Assembly: GCF_044704955.1 (NCBI RefSeq)
Contig: NC_091995.1
Location: forward strand, 14,136,001 to 14,200,000
Direction of reading: 5' to 3'
Length of the DNA: 64,000 bases
From: Pristiophorus japonicus
Lineage: Eukaryota
A model generated the notes under the pieces. It did not search any database, was not told the DNA's origin, and saw only the letters and a program-made list of their open reading frames with translations. Below, piece after piece: positions 47,862 to 60,608 of the stretch. Position 1 is the first letter of the stretch. The number at the start of each line of letters is the position of its first letter. The position numbers and the translations under genes were made by a program.

Positions 47862-48541
47862 TTTATAATCTCTGTATGGTGATAGTCATGTTCCAATGTA
47901 GCTTTATTTAAGCTCTAGATTGATTTCTGTGTCATTTAAGTGGGGAGAGAACACCTTGCAGTCTTGTAGGCATTTTGAGCCCACTTTCCAAGGATTGGAA
48001 AGCTAATGAGTACGTATTCAATCCCCTGATTTGTGTTTATAATGAATTCGGAAGATCAAGGTATGCATTTGCCTTTAAGTTGCAGATCCGCTATATGTTC
48101 CTTCTGGCACAGATCTAACATTCCAATTTTGTTTGAACTGTTTCAGTCAAAATTCAAATGATCCAAATCTTTTCTTTTCTTATATTTAAAAAGCACAATT
48201 TAATTTGTGTGTGTGTGTTTGCCTTTTTAATGTTTTCCTATTGTTCGGTGCAACTCGCCAAGGCTTCTTCAGCAGCACCCCCCAAACCTGGGACCGCTGC
48301 CACCTAGAAGGAGAAGGGCAGCAGGTGCATGGGAACCCCTTCCCCAAGTCACACACCATCCGGACTTGGAAATAAATCGGCCGTTCCTTAATCGTTGCCT
48401 CCCTAACAGCACTGTGGGAGCACCTTCACCACATGGACTACAGCAGTTCAAGAAGGCAGCTCACCACCATCTTAAGGGCAATTAGGGACGGGCAATAAAT
48501 GCTGGGCCTTGCCAGCGACGCCCACATCCCAGGAACAAATA

Positions 48542-48925
48542 CAAGTTGAGTCTCCCTTATCCGGTACCCTCGGGACCTGGCCTGTCCCGGACGAGGGATT
48601 TTTCCGGACGAGGGGAGGTCACCGTGTTTGGGTGGACTGCGCCTTTAAGTGCTGTTGCGGGTGCGTGTGCTGGCTGGACCGACAGTCATTCAGTGTGCAG
48701 GGGCCCCCGAAGATTCGGCCCGACCCGACCCCCCCCCCCCACTGTAGGGAGGAACGGCCGGCACAAGGACTGTAGCTAAAGGAGTTTCAGCAGGCCGACG
48801 AGGAGAAAGATTTTATTTGGTGCGCAAGATTTTGACAGTCGCTTTCTGCGCATGCAGCCCAGGAATGGTGCCAGACGAGGGGTGGTGCCGGATAAGGGAG
48901 TCCTGGATAAGAGAGGTTTAACCTG
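48542..48925. mobile_element. Tc1/mariner-pogo (Tigger-like) MITE
   Basis: TA flanks, imperfect TIRs caagttgagtctcccttatcc / ggataagagaggtttaacctg. Confidence 0.8.
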
Positions 48926-51894
48926 TAATTATTATTTTTTAAAGTACCTTGTGTATTGGATTCCTTTCAGTTCTCTTTCCAGTCTGCAACTGTGACCCTA
49001 GATGATGACTGTGTGGGAGGGCTATGTGACTCACTAAATGAAATGGGAAGAGTCCCAGCACTAGTATCTCTCTGTTTGTGCTCTAAAGCTCACGGCAGAA
49101 GAACTGTTCCAGGCCAGTAACGTGCCGGTCAATATAACACAACTTCTTTGTGTTCATCCAGGACCTCGCGGTTAATTTTGGAGACTGGAAAGAAATCTAT
49201 GGAGCAGAAGATGACGATGATGAGGTATTTATCCAAAAATCCAATCTGTAGCTTTTGATGTGTCACCATCTCAAAAAAAAAAAAGGTCCATTGGATTGGC
49301 GTCTCTCCGCTATATGGGAGCAGCTGAGTGGTGACCTGGGCTCACTCAGCTGTGCTCACACCTCAACAGCCAAGTTGAGAGCAGCATTGGCATGAGGCAC
49401 TTGGCCCTCTTGGCCCCAGCCGAGACATTCCATGGGAATACCATACAAGAAGAAACGTGGAGGGGTTGTCTTGTGACTAAAGGTTGGGCCTATACTCATT
49501 GGAGTTTAGAAGAATGAGGTGATCTTATTCAAACATATATGAGGGGTCTTGACCGGTTGGATGCAGAGAGGATGTTTCCCTTCAGTGGGGGAATCTAGAA
49601 TGAGGGGGCACAGTTTCAGAATAAGGGGCCGCCCATTTAAAACAGATGAAGAGGAATTTCTTTGAGCATTGTGAATCTTTGGAATTCTCTGCCCCAGAGA
49701 GCTGTGGTGGCTGGGTCATTGACTATATTCAAGGTGGAGATAGACAGATTTTTGAATAAGGGACTGAAGGGTTATGGGGAACGGATGAGGACATGGAGCT
49801 GATTCCATGATCAGATCAGCTATGACCTTATTAAATGGCAGAGCAGGCTCGAGGGGGGAAATGGCCTTCTCCTGCTCCTATTTCTTATGTTCTTATGGAG
49901 GAAGAGAACTACATTCTCCTTTCGGGCAAATAATTCAACGCTATACAAGTATCTCTATTGCCATTCATGTGCGATAATGACCAGCCTTGCCTCCTGCTTG
50001 GCTGTCACACTGGTTAAGATTCCCATTTTGGCTTTAAAACATGGCCCATCTTTTAACCTTTAAAAATGGCTTAATTTGTTTTCAAATGTACCTGTTGCTC
50101 TGGAGGTTGGTAACCAGTGCACTACACCCTTTGTAGCCTCTACACAAGTAGACTGCAATAGCCCCCAATGCTACACCTATCCGTTCCATCACTTAGCCAC
50201 GTTCTTTGTTACCCGTGTCTTGATCTATAACCATCCATTTTCTCAGGCTAACAAACTTCCTTGCGACTTCTGAGCCATGTACCTCCAGTGTCATTTTTCG
50301 TCATAGATTCCTCAACATCTACCTTTATTGTTCCTTCAAGGGCCCCATCATTAGTCACTCTTGTCAAGCGATATGGTATCACCTTTTTGTCTCTGTCTTT
50401 CTCTGTCTCTTGTAATACTTAAGATAGCCTGACTATTTGTTTGGCTGGCAGTATTTCCTCAGTACAGTGGGCATACAGGTCCTATATGGTGCACATACCA
50501 CTATCTGTTTAAAATGACTACTGTCTCCTCAGGTCTCTGCTACCAAGGTAAATCATGCCAGGCTGGGTGAAGAAGATCTCAATGATACACTCGATTATGG
50601 TGACGGAGAGATTTCCTCGCGTAGTCTCCCAAAGTGAGAATGCACCATTGAACTAAATTGCTGAATCCTGTATTATATGAATAATCCTCGCTAAATTATA
50701 TTCAAGCCTAATGTAAATAAAATTTATTTGGATAAAATCGGTTTGATTGCATTCTATAATGTGGATAGTCTGAAATCCAGCATCTTAAACCCTCCTCTCT
50801 GCTCAAAACATGATGATGGGTTTACTCGCTTCATATCTCTCTCTCAAGCATTAGCCCATGTTTCTGTTTCCCATTGTTAATTATCTTGTCTGCAATTTCC
50901 AGATTGCACAAATACCACTAATCCTGGCCAGAAGCACATAGCATGCACGGCTGTCTTATGATTTTCTGTCTGTTAATTCAATGGACACATGTGTGAGCTT
51001 CAGTTGTGCAAATGGGTGCTGGGAGTGCTGAAGCACAATTACCTCCTCCAGCCCTGACCTAATGCTGTTTCTAAAAACTACTTGCTATCAAAGCAGAATG
51101 AAGTTGTAACCTTATCAATACATCCACCACCTTAAACATTCACTCCCTCCATCATCAACCCACCATGGCTGCAGTGTGTACTGTCTACAAGATGCACTGC
51201 AGCAACTCGCCAAGGCTTCTTCATCAGCACCTCTACCACCTAGAAGGGCAAGGGCAGCAGGCGCATTGGAACAACACCACCTCTGTATTTCCCTCCAAAT
51301 CACATACCAGCCTGACTTGGAAATATATCGGTCGTCCCTTCATCGTTGCCGGCTCACAATCCTGGTACTCCCTAACAGCACTGTGGGAGCACCTTCACCA
51401 CACGGACTGCAGCGGCTCAAGAAGGTGACCATTAGCGGGGAGAGGAGATTTTTTCCCCCCCCCCCCCCCACTCTGCGAGTTGTCTGGATCTGGAACGCTC
51501 GACGTGAATAGATGGTGGCAGCTGATCCCATCAATAATTTTAAAAGGGAGTTGGACAGGTACATGAGGACGAGGAGCTCACAGGGTGACGGACAAAAAGG
51601 AGGTTTGGGACTAAGCACGACTGCTCTTTCAAAGAGCCAGCACAGGCACGATGGGCCGAATGGCAGCCTCCTGTGCTGTAAGTTTTCTATGATTCTAGGA
51701 ATGATTCCGGTTGCACCCAACACGTGAGCCCTGATTTTCCCGGCTCCAGCCAAAATCAGTGTTGTGCTTGCCTGCAGTGCAGTTACACTGTCGGCGTGGA
51801 GCTCTCGTCTCCTCAACCTTCTGAATCCTCGCACCAGGAAGATGCACTGGGAGAAGTAGGCCGGAGAGACCTTTGTTCGAAACACCCCTTGCCC

Positions 51895-52110
51895 TTCTTC
51901 GAAATAGTGGCCAAGGGATCGTTTACGTCCACCTGAGAGAGCAGACGTGGCCTCGGTTTAACATCTCATCCAAAAGACGGCATCTCTGACCGTGCAGCAC
52001 TCCCTCAGCACTGCACTGGGAGTGTCAGCCTAGGTTTTTGTGCTCTAGTCCCTGAACCCATAACCTTCTGACGCCGAGGCGAGAGAGCGTACTACCCACT
52101 GAGCCATGGC
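51895..52110 (-). mobile_element. tRNA-derived SINE head
   Basis: Minus strand tggctcagtgggtag...ggttatgggttcagg, A/B-box-like. Confidence 0.75.
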
Positions 52111-53842
52111 TGACTTGACTTTGCGTGCATTTGGAATTGGTCACACACAATTATGTTGCAGCTTTGGTTTGTCTAATTCGAATTTTCGTCACCTTCCATC
52201 ACCGCTCCGGAAAGAGGCTGGGAATCTGAAGCACAACGCGAAAGGCATCACACATGTTCATTCAGATTTTGATCTCATGGGTTTGGTTTTTCAATCAAAG
52301 AAGTGACAAAAAATTCATCCAGTTATTTAATGTCACAGCTTTTCACAGATCAATTTACCATTTAACTGGGTATATCGTAAGTGCATCTGAATACCTGTAC
52401 CAGCAAGCTAAGGAAAAGTTCAAAGCACGAGGTCGCACTGTCTGAAAGCGGAACGACAAAGTGGGAGAGAGAGAAAAAATATTCATTCTTGGAATGTGGG
52501 CCTCATTGGCATTTGTGGTGACCGAGGAGTGGACCAAGTGATATACAAGGTCGACACTCAGGTAGAGACGACAAACTTCGGTATGTGGTTTATTCGCAGG
52601 CCTGGGGAGAATCTTCCGCGATCGCGCTCCACAGTTACATTTAAGTTACAGCATTATATAACTTTTTTAGTGCAAGCTTATCACGCAGGCAAAGCCTGCA
52701 TCTCATCATTTTTCTTAATTAAAGCATTGTGTGTCTACATTCTTTTCGAGTTACATTTCATCATATCTTATCTTGGACAGATAGTAACTATATCTTGCAG
52801 TACCCTTCTCAAACCTCATCTGTTCGGATCATTCGTGATTATTCTACCACTGATTGTTTTGCTACTTCGGTTTTAGTTTTTGCAAGTTAGCATAATTATA
52901 TGAGGATTGATAGTGTTTTCTCTACCCTAGCTTTTATGCATAGGTTTCAATGATCCCAGGCTATGCACCTTACTTTGGGGCTTTTTAGGGGTACTTTATT
53001 GCCCATCCTGAGTTATAAGGAGTGTCCAGTGCGAAATTGTACTTGTCATTTTATAGCCCTTAAAGTTAATAGTTAAAATTAAGGACTGGTGTGGGGCAGG
53101 TGTGCCATTTCATGCTACATTTTTTGGAGCTCAGTGAATCCAGGTGTATGGAGATCGGGCAGGAAAGGGGAGCTAAGGTCGATGATCAGCCATGTTCTTA
53201 TTGAATGGTTCATTGGGCCGTGGGGCCTACTCTCGCACTCCATTTCTAATGTTCTATTGCTGTAGGGGGTGGAGCAAATTTAACCTAACTCGCTCAGGAA
53301 GTAAACGCAGGAGTTTGGGTGGAACATCGGTTTTACATCTCCCGCATTTCTCCCCCACCCCTGCCCGCAGCTCAACATTGCTCTCCAAATGGAGCGTTAA
53401 ATCGGGCGGGCGGCTAAACCGGTATTGCAGCCGATCCTGTCAGTTTCCTGAGGAAAGGACTAGGTTAAAATTGCACCCATAGTGCCAAGAAATGTACCTG
53501 CTATTTTAGCTTTACATCCCACCTGCTGCCTGATTCTTCACAACCTTGGATATAATTGCAGTCATTTTCCCAAGTCCCACAAAATCTTAGCAGTTTAAAA
53601 GAAAAGCTTCCCTCCGCACCCCCCACCCCAATGTTTTTGAGCAAGGTAAGCTCCATGATCTAGGGGTTTGATAAGATCACAACAACATACACATTGTAAT
53701 TTCAGAACTCTTTGGCAACAATGGAGATGAAGTTCCTGCGAGAATAGGTCGCGCACCGGTTGATAGCGAGCGTTGAACGGCTGTGGTTGTGACCGCGCGC
53801 CGGGAAACGGGAGGGGCCCGGGTTTTCCCCCGACCCTTGGGT

Positions 53843-53962
53843 CTACAAACGTTGGTTTTTCCGCCTCAGGCAGTATTGCACGGTGCAGGCGATGGTGAGA
53901 ATCAGCGCTACACTTATCATTACTGTGCAGATCACAGCCGTGATGTTCACTCCGTTTGAGAT
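53843..53962 (-). CDS. Terminal coding exon (TM helix plus short tail) of VWA7-like membrane protein
   Basis: Acceptor ctccttgtgttttagcag (NAGNAG), phase 0, ISNGVNITAVICTVMISVALILTIACTVQYCLRRKNQRL*. Confidence 0.8.
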   Translation of the reverse strand: MSNGVNITAVICTVMISVALILTIACTVQYCLRRKNQRL

Positions 53963-56159
53963 CTGCTAAAACACAAGGAGAGAGGTGTGTAATGAGAGAG
54001 AGTGAGCGAGAGAGAACAAAAGAACATAAGAATTAGGAGCAGGAGTCGGCCATTCGGCCCCTCGAGCCTGCTCTGCCATTCAATGAGATCACGGCTGATC
54101 TGATCTTGGCCTCAACTCCACTTTCCTGCACCACCCCCATATCCCTTGATTCCGTTAATATCCAAAAACATGGCAATCTCTGTCTTGAAAATGCTCAAAG
54201 ACTGAGCATATTCAAAAAAGGGGGCGGTACCAAACAAAACCTGAAAACCCACTGTAACAGTTGCAAAGCATTACAAACAAGATCACAGAAACAGACCATT
54301 CAGTCCAACTGGTCTGTGCCGGGGTTTATGCTCCACACGAGCCTCCTCCCACCCTACTTCATCTCACCCCATCAACACATCCTTCTATCCTTTTCTCACT
54401 CATATGTTTATCTAGCTTCCCCTTAAATGTATCTATGATATTGGCCTCAACCACTCCCTGTGCTAATGAGTTCCTCATTCTAACCACTTTCCCCCGAATT
54501 CCCTATTGGATTGATTAGTGACTATCTACTTCTGGTTTCCCCCACAAGTGGAAACATCTTCTCTACATCTACCCTATCGAATCCTTTCATTATCTTAAAG
54601 CCCTCAATCAGGTCTCCCTTCAGTCATTTTTCTAGAGAAAAAAGCCCCTGATAGGTATAATCTCAGTTCTGGTATCATTCTAGTCAATCTTTTTTTTGCA
54701 TCTTCAAAGTGCTTCTATTTGTTTTTTATAATAGGGAGACCAGAACTGTTCACAGAACTCCAACTGTGGTCCAACCAGGGTTCAATACACATTTAACATA
54801 ACTCCCATGCTTTCCAATTCTATCCCTCTGGAAATGAACCCCAGTGCTTGATTTGCTTTTTTTAAGGCCTTATTAACCTAAATCGCTACTTTTACTTATC
54901 TGTGTCCCAAGATTTCTCTGTTCCTCTACCCCATTTAGATGCTTATTTTCCAACGACTATGTGGACTCCCCATTCTTCCTACCAAAATGTATTACCTCAC
55001 ACTATGCTGAAGTTAACTTAATAATCTCAGTTTCCTATGAACTAAACTCCAATTCTCTCCCCTCCTCTCCTGCAAGCACTAACTCATCCTGGGATACTGT
55101 TCCATTGCTATGTTTTTATGTGCGTCTTGACGATGGGCGCTAGCAGGCTAGTGGCCGTGAGGGAAGGTAATCTCTTTCAAACCTAATCCTGTTGTCACCC
55201 ACACCCCACCACCACACATGCACACATGCAAACTTTCCATCGGGATCACAGGCTAGTGAGCATAACAGCTGACCTGTCACGGAGCGATGCATCTAAGACC
55301 GGTAGATTGCTGATGACGAGGTCAAGCAGGTTTTTTCCTCAGAAATCTGATGGAATACTCTCCACTTGCCTGGATGAGTGCAGCTCCAACAACACGCAAG
55401 AAGCTGGATACCATCCAGCTTGATGAGCACCCCATCCACTACCTTAAACATGCACTCCCTCACCACCAGCGCACCGTGGCTGCAGTGTGTACCATCTACA
55501 AAATGCACTGCGGCAACTCACCGAGGTTTCTACGGCAGCACCTCCCAAACCCGCGACCTCTACCACCCAGAAGGACAAGGGCAGCAGACACATGGGAACA
55601 CCATGACCTTCAAGTTCCCCTCCAAGTCACACACCACACTGGTTTGGAAGTATATCGCCATTCCTGCATCGTCGCTGGGTTAAAATCCTGGAACTCCCTC
55701 CCTAACAGCGCTGTGGGAGAACCTTCACCACACGGACTGCAGCGGTTCAAGAAGGCGGCTCACCACCACCCTCTCAAGGGCAGTGAGGGATAGGCAATAA
55801 ATGCCGGCCTTACCAACGACACCCACATCCCGTGAACGAATAAAAAAATAGAGCAGGAAATCTGGCTGCCTTCACCCCACTCCACCCCAACCCCACAACC
55901 CCTTTCTCCCTCACCCATGGCCAAGAAGACCAATGGTAACAGCCTCACTGCCTCCCTGACTCAGATCAGCTAACTCGGACAGAGAGCAGGGATTTTGGGC
56001 CTCTGGACCTTCTGATCTTTATGGGCTCAGCATCAAGCCAATGAGCCTTGAGGGGAGTGTCCCCAAGAGGAAACAACGTGAAGAACTTGCACATGGACAG
56101 CGCTTTTCAGGATGTCCCAAAGCGCTCAAGGCCAATGAAGACCTTTTTGAAGAGTAGTC

Positions 56160-57790
56160 ACAACAACAACAATTTGTAATTATATAGCGCCTCTAAAATG
56201 TCCCAAGGTGTTTTAAGACAAAAAATTCGACATTGAGCCACATAAGTAGAAATCCAGTGACCAAAGGCTTGGTCAAAGAGGCAGGTTTTCAGGAGCATCT
56301 TGGAAGAAAGAGAGGTAGAGAGGTAAAGAGCTTTAGGGAGGGAGTTCCAGAGTTTGGGGCCCAGGCAGCTGAAGGCATGGCCACCAATGGTTGAGCAATT
56401 AGAATCAGGGATGCTCAGGAGGGCAGAATTTGAGGAGCGCAGACATCTCTTGAGGTTGTGAGGCTGGAGGAGATTACAGAGACAGGGAGGGGTGAGGCTA
56501 TGGAGGGAATTGAAAACAAGGATGAGAATTTTAAAATCGAGGCATTGCTTAACCGAGAGCCAATGTAGGTCAGCGAGCACAGGGGGTGATGGGCAGGCCA
56601 CATTGTCCCCATGCCTGACACGAGACTCCCAAAGCAAGCGCTCTACTCGGAACTCCTTCACGGAAAACGAGCCAAAGGTGGGCAGAGGAAACGTTACAAG
56701 GACACCCTCAAAGCCTTCCTGATAAAGTGCAACATCCCCACTGACATCTGGGAGTCCCTGGCCAAAGACCGCCCTAAGTGGAGGAAGTGCATCCAGGAGT
56801 CTCAACGCTGAGAGAATGCAGAAATCAAGCGCAGGCAGCGGAAAGAGCATGCGGCAAACCTGTCCCACCCTCCCTTACCCTCGACGACTATCTGTCCCAC
56901 CTGTGACAGGGACTGTGGTTCTCGTATTGGACTGTACAGCCACCTAAGGACTCATTTTAAGAGTGGAAGCAAGTCTTCCTCGATTCCGAGGGACTGCCTA
57001 TGATGATGGGTGATCGTGACTTGGTGCGAGTTAGGACATGGGCTGCCGAATTTTGGATGACCTCAAGTTTTCGTAGTGTAGAATGTAGGAGGCCAGCCAG
57101 GAGTGATTTGGAATAGTCAAGTCTGGAGGTAACAAAGGCATGGATGAGGGTTTCAGCAGCAGAAGAGTTGAGGCAGGGCAATGTTACGGAGGTGGAAATA
57201 GGCGGTTTTAGTTATGCCGCAGATACGTGGCTGGAATCTCATTTCAGGGTCAATGCCTAGGCTGCGAACAGTCTGGTTCAACCTCAGATAAATGCTAGGG
57301 AGAGGGATGGAGTCTAGACAGGGAACGCAGTTTGTGGCAGGGGACCAAAGATAATGGTTTCGGTCCTCCCAATATTTCATTGGAGAAAATTTCTGCTCAT
57401 CCAGTACTGGATGTCGGACAAGCAGTCTGACAATTTAAATACCAAGCAGGGGTCGACAGAAGTAGTGGAAAGGGAGAGCTGGGTTTCGTATGCGTACATG
57501 TAGAAACTGACTCCGTGTTTTTGGATGATATCGCCAAGGGGCAGCATGTAGGTGAGAAATAGAAGGGGGCCAAGGATAGATCCTTGGGGGGGGGGAACAC
57601 CAGAGGCAACGTCGCAGGAGTGGGAAGAGAAGCCATTGCAGGAGATTTTCTGGCTATGATTAGATAGATACGAATGGAACCAGGCGAGTGCAGTCCCACC
57701 AGCTGGACGATGGTGGAGAGGTGTTGGAGGAGAATGGAGTGGTCAACTGTGTCAAAGGCTGCAGACAAGTCCAGAAGGATGAGGAGGGAT
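56160..57790 (-). mobile_element. L2-like LINE with nested plus-strand RTE (~56590-57008)
   Basis: SAAFDTVDH, LIHAFVTSRLDY, LHWLSVKQCLDFKIL. Confidence 0.85.
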
Positions 57791-58166
57791 AGTTACCTTC
57801 AGTGGACCGTCCCCAAGAGAAAACAACGTAAAGGACTTTCAGATAGACAGCGCCTAACTTCTAACGTCCGCACTCGAGAGCGTGACATCTCTTTTGAGTC
57901 CTGCGTGCTCGAATAGGGGAATTAATTTACTGGAAATATGGTAAAAGGAGTTGATCTCAGGTGGATGATAGAGTGTCTCACTCTCTCCGTCAACCTTCCA
58001 TGCGAAAGAAATATTGCATGTCAGGATATCAGGATGTCCCAAAGCGCTCTAAGGCCAAGGAAGTCCTTTGTTGCAGAGTAGTCTCTGTGGTAATGTGGGA
58101 GATAGGCACATTGAACGACATTGCGTAACATTGAACGACACTTTTAAAATGATAAGGAAAACTTAC

Positions 58167-58254
58167 AGGTTGTGTGTAGTCTATAAGAAGCTCCTTGAAA
58201 TTCCCAACCATGTCCATTATGAGAAGGCGGACGGATGGAGAACAACAGTCCAAT
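58167..58254 (-). CDS. Internal exon of VWA7-like gene (88 nt)
   Basis: ctttctctccacag| ... |gtaagt, phase 2 to 0, (R)LDCCSPSVRLLIMDMVGNFKELLIDYTQP. Joins both neighbouring exons in frame. Confidence 0.85.
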
Positions 58255-59073
58255 CTGTGGAGAGAAAGCCCATTGAGATTCGGTTCGTGCAAGCCTCGCG
58301 CAATGTGGTCTCCTTGGGGTGGACGCCTTCCTTGGGACCACTGCCCGTAAAGTGGGGGCAGAAGGCGGTCCTTCCAGTCAGTAAGTCGGACCCCGATTTA
58401 AAGGGGGGGGGTTGCGGGCACAGTGGCCGTGAGTCCCAAAGCGGGCGGTGCACCAGGGGAGTCTGGGGACATTAAATGGCCTGCTTCAATGCTGTAAAAT
58501 CCAGTGAGTCTAGGCGGGGCCACTAGATAATGATCAGGACTGGGAGCGCCTGCTAATTTTTCCTCCTTTCTGTACAGAGGTACTGATGAGAGAAGTCAGG
58601 ACCCCCCCCACCCATCTCTGCTCAGATCTATTCACTCAGGACTGGGAATTTGAAACAGGAACCTGCTTCACCTTCAGTGACACAGCACCACATTGTAAGT
58701 AAAAGGTGAATCCGATGCCCCGTGGCTGCAGTGTGTACCATCTACAAGATGCCCTGTGCATCTCGCCAAGGCTTATTTGGCAGCACCCCCCAAACCCATG
58801 ACCTCTACCACCGAGAAGGACAAGGGCAGCAGGTGCATGGGAACACCGTCATCTCCACGTTCCCCTCTCTCTCCAGGCCCCCCATGATTTTGAACACCTC
58901 TATCAAATCTCCTCTCAACTTTCTCTGCTCTAAGGAGAACAACCCCAGCTTCTCCATTCTATCCACTGTAACTGAAGTCCCTCATCCCTGGAACCATTCT
59001 TGAAAAGCTGATACCATCATTTTTGCAATACATTAAAGTCGGGAGAGTGAGGGCAAGCAGACAGTGCACTTAC

Positions 59074-59306
59074 CGGATGGAGCAGTTGTACTCTTTGACA
59101 CCAGTGGCCATTACCGTCGAACAAAGAAGCTGATGCTGGTCAGTGTCTGGAGCTTGGACAGTTAATGATCTTGTCGGACCTTCATCCCATGTGATGAAGT
59201 CGATCCCCCAGACGTGGGTGCTACAGTCTGAACTGTGTTGCTGATCGGCAGTACAATGGCCAATGTATTTTGTGATGTTGTACTGTGGCGGTTTTTCATC
59301 TATTAT
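59074..59306 (-). CDS. Internal exon of VWA7-like gene (233 nt); upstream exons not found in the window
   Basis: gcttatgctccag| ... |gtaagt, phase 0 to 2, IIDEKPPQYNITKYIGHCTADQQHSSDCSTHVWGIDFITWDEG...YNCSI. The D..PP / C..C..W / CCS..V.L...D.VGN pattern matches the VWA7-family C-terminal domain from recall. Confidence 0.8.
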
Positions 59307-59681
59307 CTGGAGCATAAGCATATACAAACAAGAGTAGGTCATTCAGCCCCTCGAGCCTGTTCCGCCATTCAATTAGATCATGGCCGATCTATATCTTAAC
59401 TCCATCTACCCGGCTTGGTTCCGTCACCCTTAATACCCTCGCTTTAATGTATTTGCTTCATGCATTCTAAGCTTAAGAATTCATCGCAACACATTGCTGT
59501 TGAGAACTAGTTGGTTTATTAACAAAGGTTTAACAATCACAGTACACAATACCAGTTCATCTACCAGGCTCACAACCACCTGCCTCATCGTGGATCCCCT
59601 AAACTCAACTGGCTGGGGTTTTATTGTGTCTTGTGAACATCACGTGACTGGCTAAGCCACTCACAATACAACAGCTCTACA

Positions 59682-59982
59682 ACTATTTTGGTAGAATGGT
59701 AATTCAAGTGCCCACTTTTGTAAGGGCCCAAAAAACTCACAAATTAACTAATAAACATTAAAGGGAACCTTGGCCAATCAAAATAAATTAAAATTTAGTT
59801 CCCTGTTGAAATGATGCACTCCAGTCCCTGTGGCGCCCACCTCTCGCGGAAGGCCGCGAGCGTACCGGTGGACACCCTGGCTCGAACATAACCGCGGAAG
59901 AGTGGCAGACAGTTGGGCTGAACGATACCCTCGACCGCCCGCTGCCTGGACTGGTTGATGGCCACTTTAGCCATGCCTAGGA
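59682..59982 (-). mobile_element. Tx1 3' fragment with 14-bp TSD ACAACAGCTCTACA
   Basis: TSD at 59668-59681 and 59983-59996, FRERWAPQGLECII C-terminus. Confidence 0.85.
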
Positions 59983-59996
59983 ACAACAGCTCTACA

Positions 59997-60400
59997 ACTC
60001 TTTTAGTTGAAGAAAAATAAACATTAAATCAAGTTCCCCCTGATTAAAGATGGGGGATACTCCAAACACTTTTCAAGTGCCCTTTTTTGTGCTTTATTGG
60101 GGTTTTTTTTGTGGGTTTTTTTGGGGCACTAAAACCACAAATTATACAAGTGCCCCCTAGCTAAAAGGGAGGGGACACCAAAACCCGGCAATAAAACAAA
60201 TTAAACTTTAAAACATATAAAATCAAATTAAAATTTGGTTGCCAGTGATGATGTAATCCAGTCCCTCCGGCACCCACCTCTCACGGAAGGCCACGAGCGT
60301 ACCGGTGGACACCACAAGCTCCATCTCCAGGGATGCCACCCTAGCTCAGATGTAACCGCAGAAGAGAAGCAGGCAGTCGGGATGAACAACCCCCTCAACC
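59997..60400 (-). mobile_element. Tx1 3' fragment
   Basis: Homologous to 41000-41350, ending AAAAGAGT on the minus strand. Confidence 0.85.
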
Positions 60401-60489
60401 AAGTCCACAGCACCTAGTATCCCAGTCGGTCTCCCTTCCAAGTCTTAACTCTGCTATTGCATCTGAGATCAGACTAGTATGGCTATAGG
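60401..60489 (-). pseudogene. Degenerate 5S rRNA copy (internally deleted)
   Basis: acagcacctagtatcccagtcggtctcccttccaagt...gagatcagac...gtatggctatag matches the reverse complement of vertebrate 5S. Confidence 0.8.
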
Positions 60490-60499
60490 TAGAATGACA

Positions 60500-60608
60500 G
60501 CTTTACAACTGCACCTGGTATTCCATCTAAGTACTAACCAAGCCTGACTCTGCTTAGCTTCTAAGATCAGACAAGATCGGTCATTTTCAGAGTAGTTTGT
60601 CCATAGAC
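60500..60608 (-). pseudogene. Degenerate 5S rRNA copy
   Basis: gcacctggtattcc..aagtactaacca..ctgcttagcttctaagatcagacaagatcgg..ttcag..ccatagac matches the reverse complement of 5S. Confidence 0.85.

Noticed and set aside
57854-58030. Ig C1-like peptide (LTC..NISFAWKVDG..YHISSKL..EHAGL) on the minus strand
   Set aside because: It lacks the FYP segment and the second Cys, is too short, has no splice sites, and lies in an insert within a SINE. It is likely coincidental, though a C1-set HMM search would settle it.
60401-60608. Functional 5S rRNA genes
   Set aside because: Both copies have internal deletions and many substitutions.
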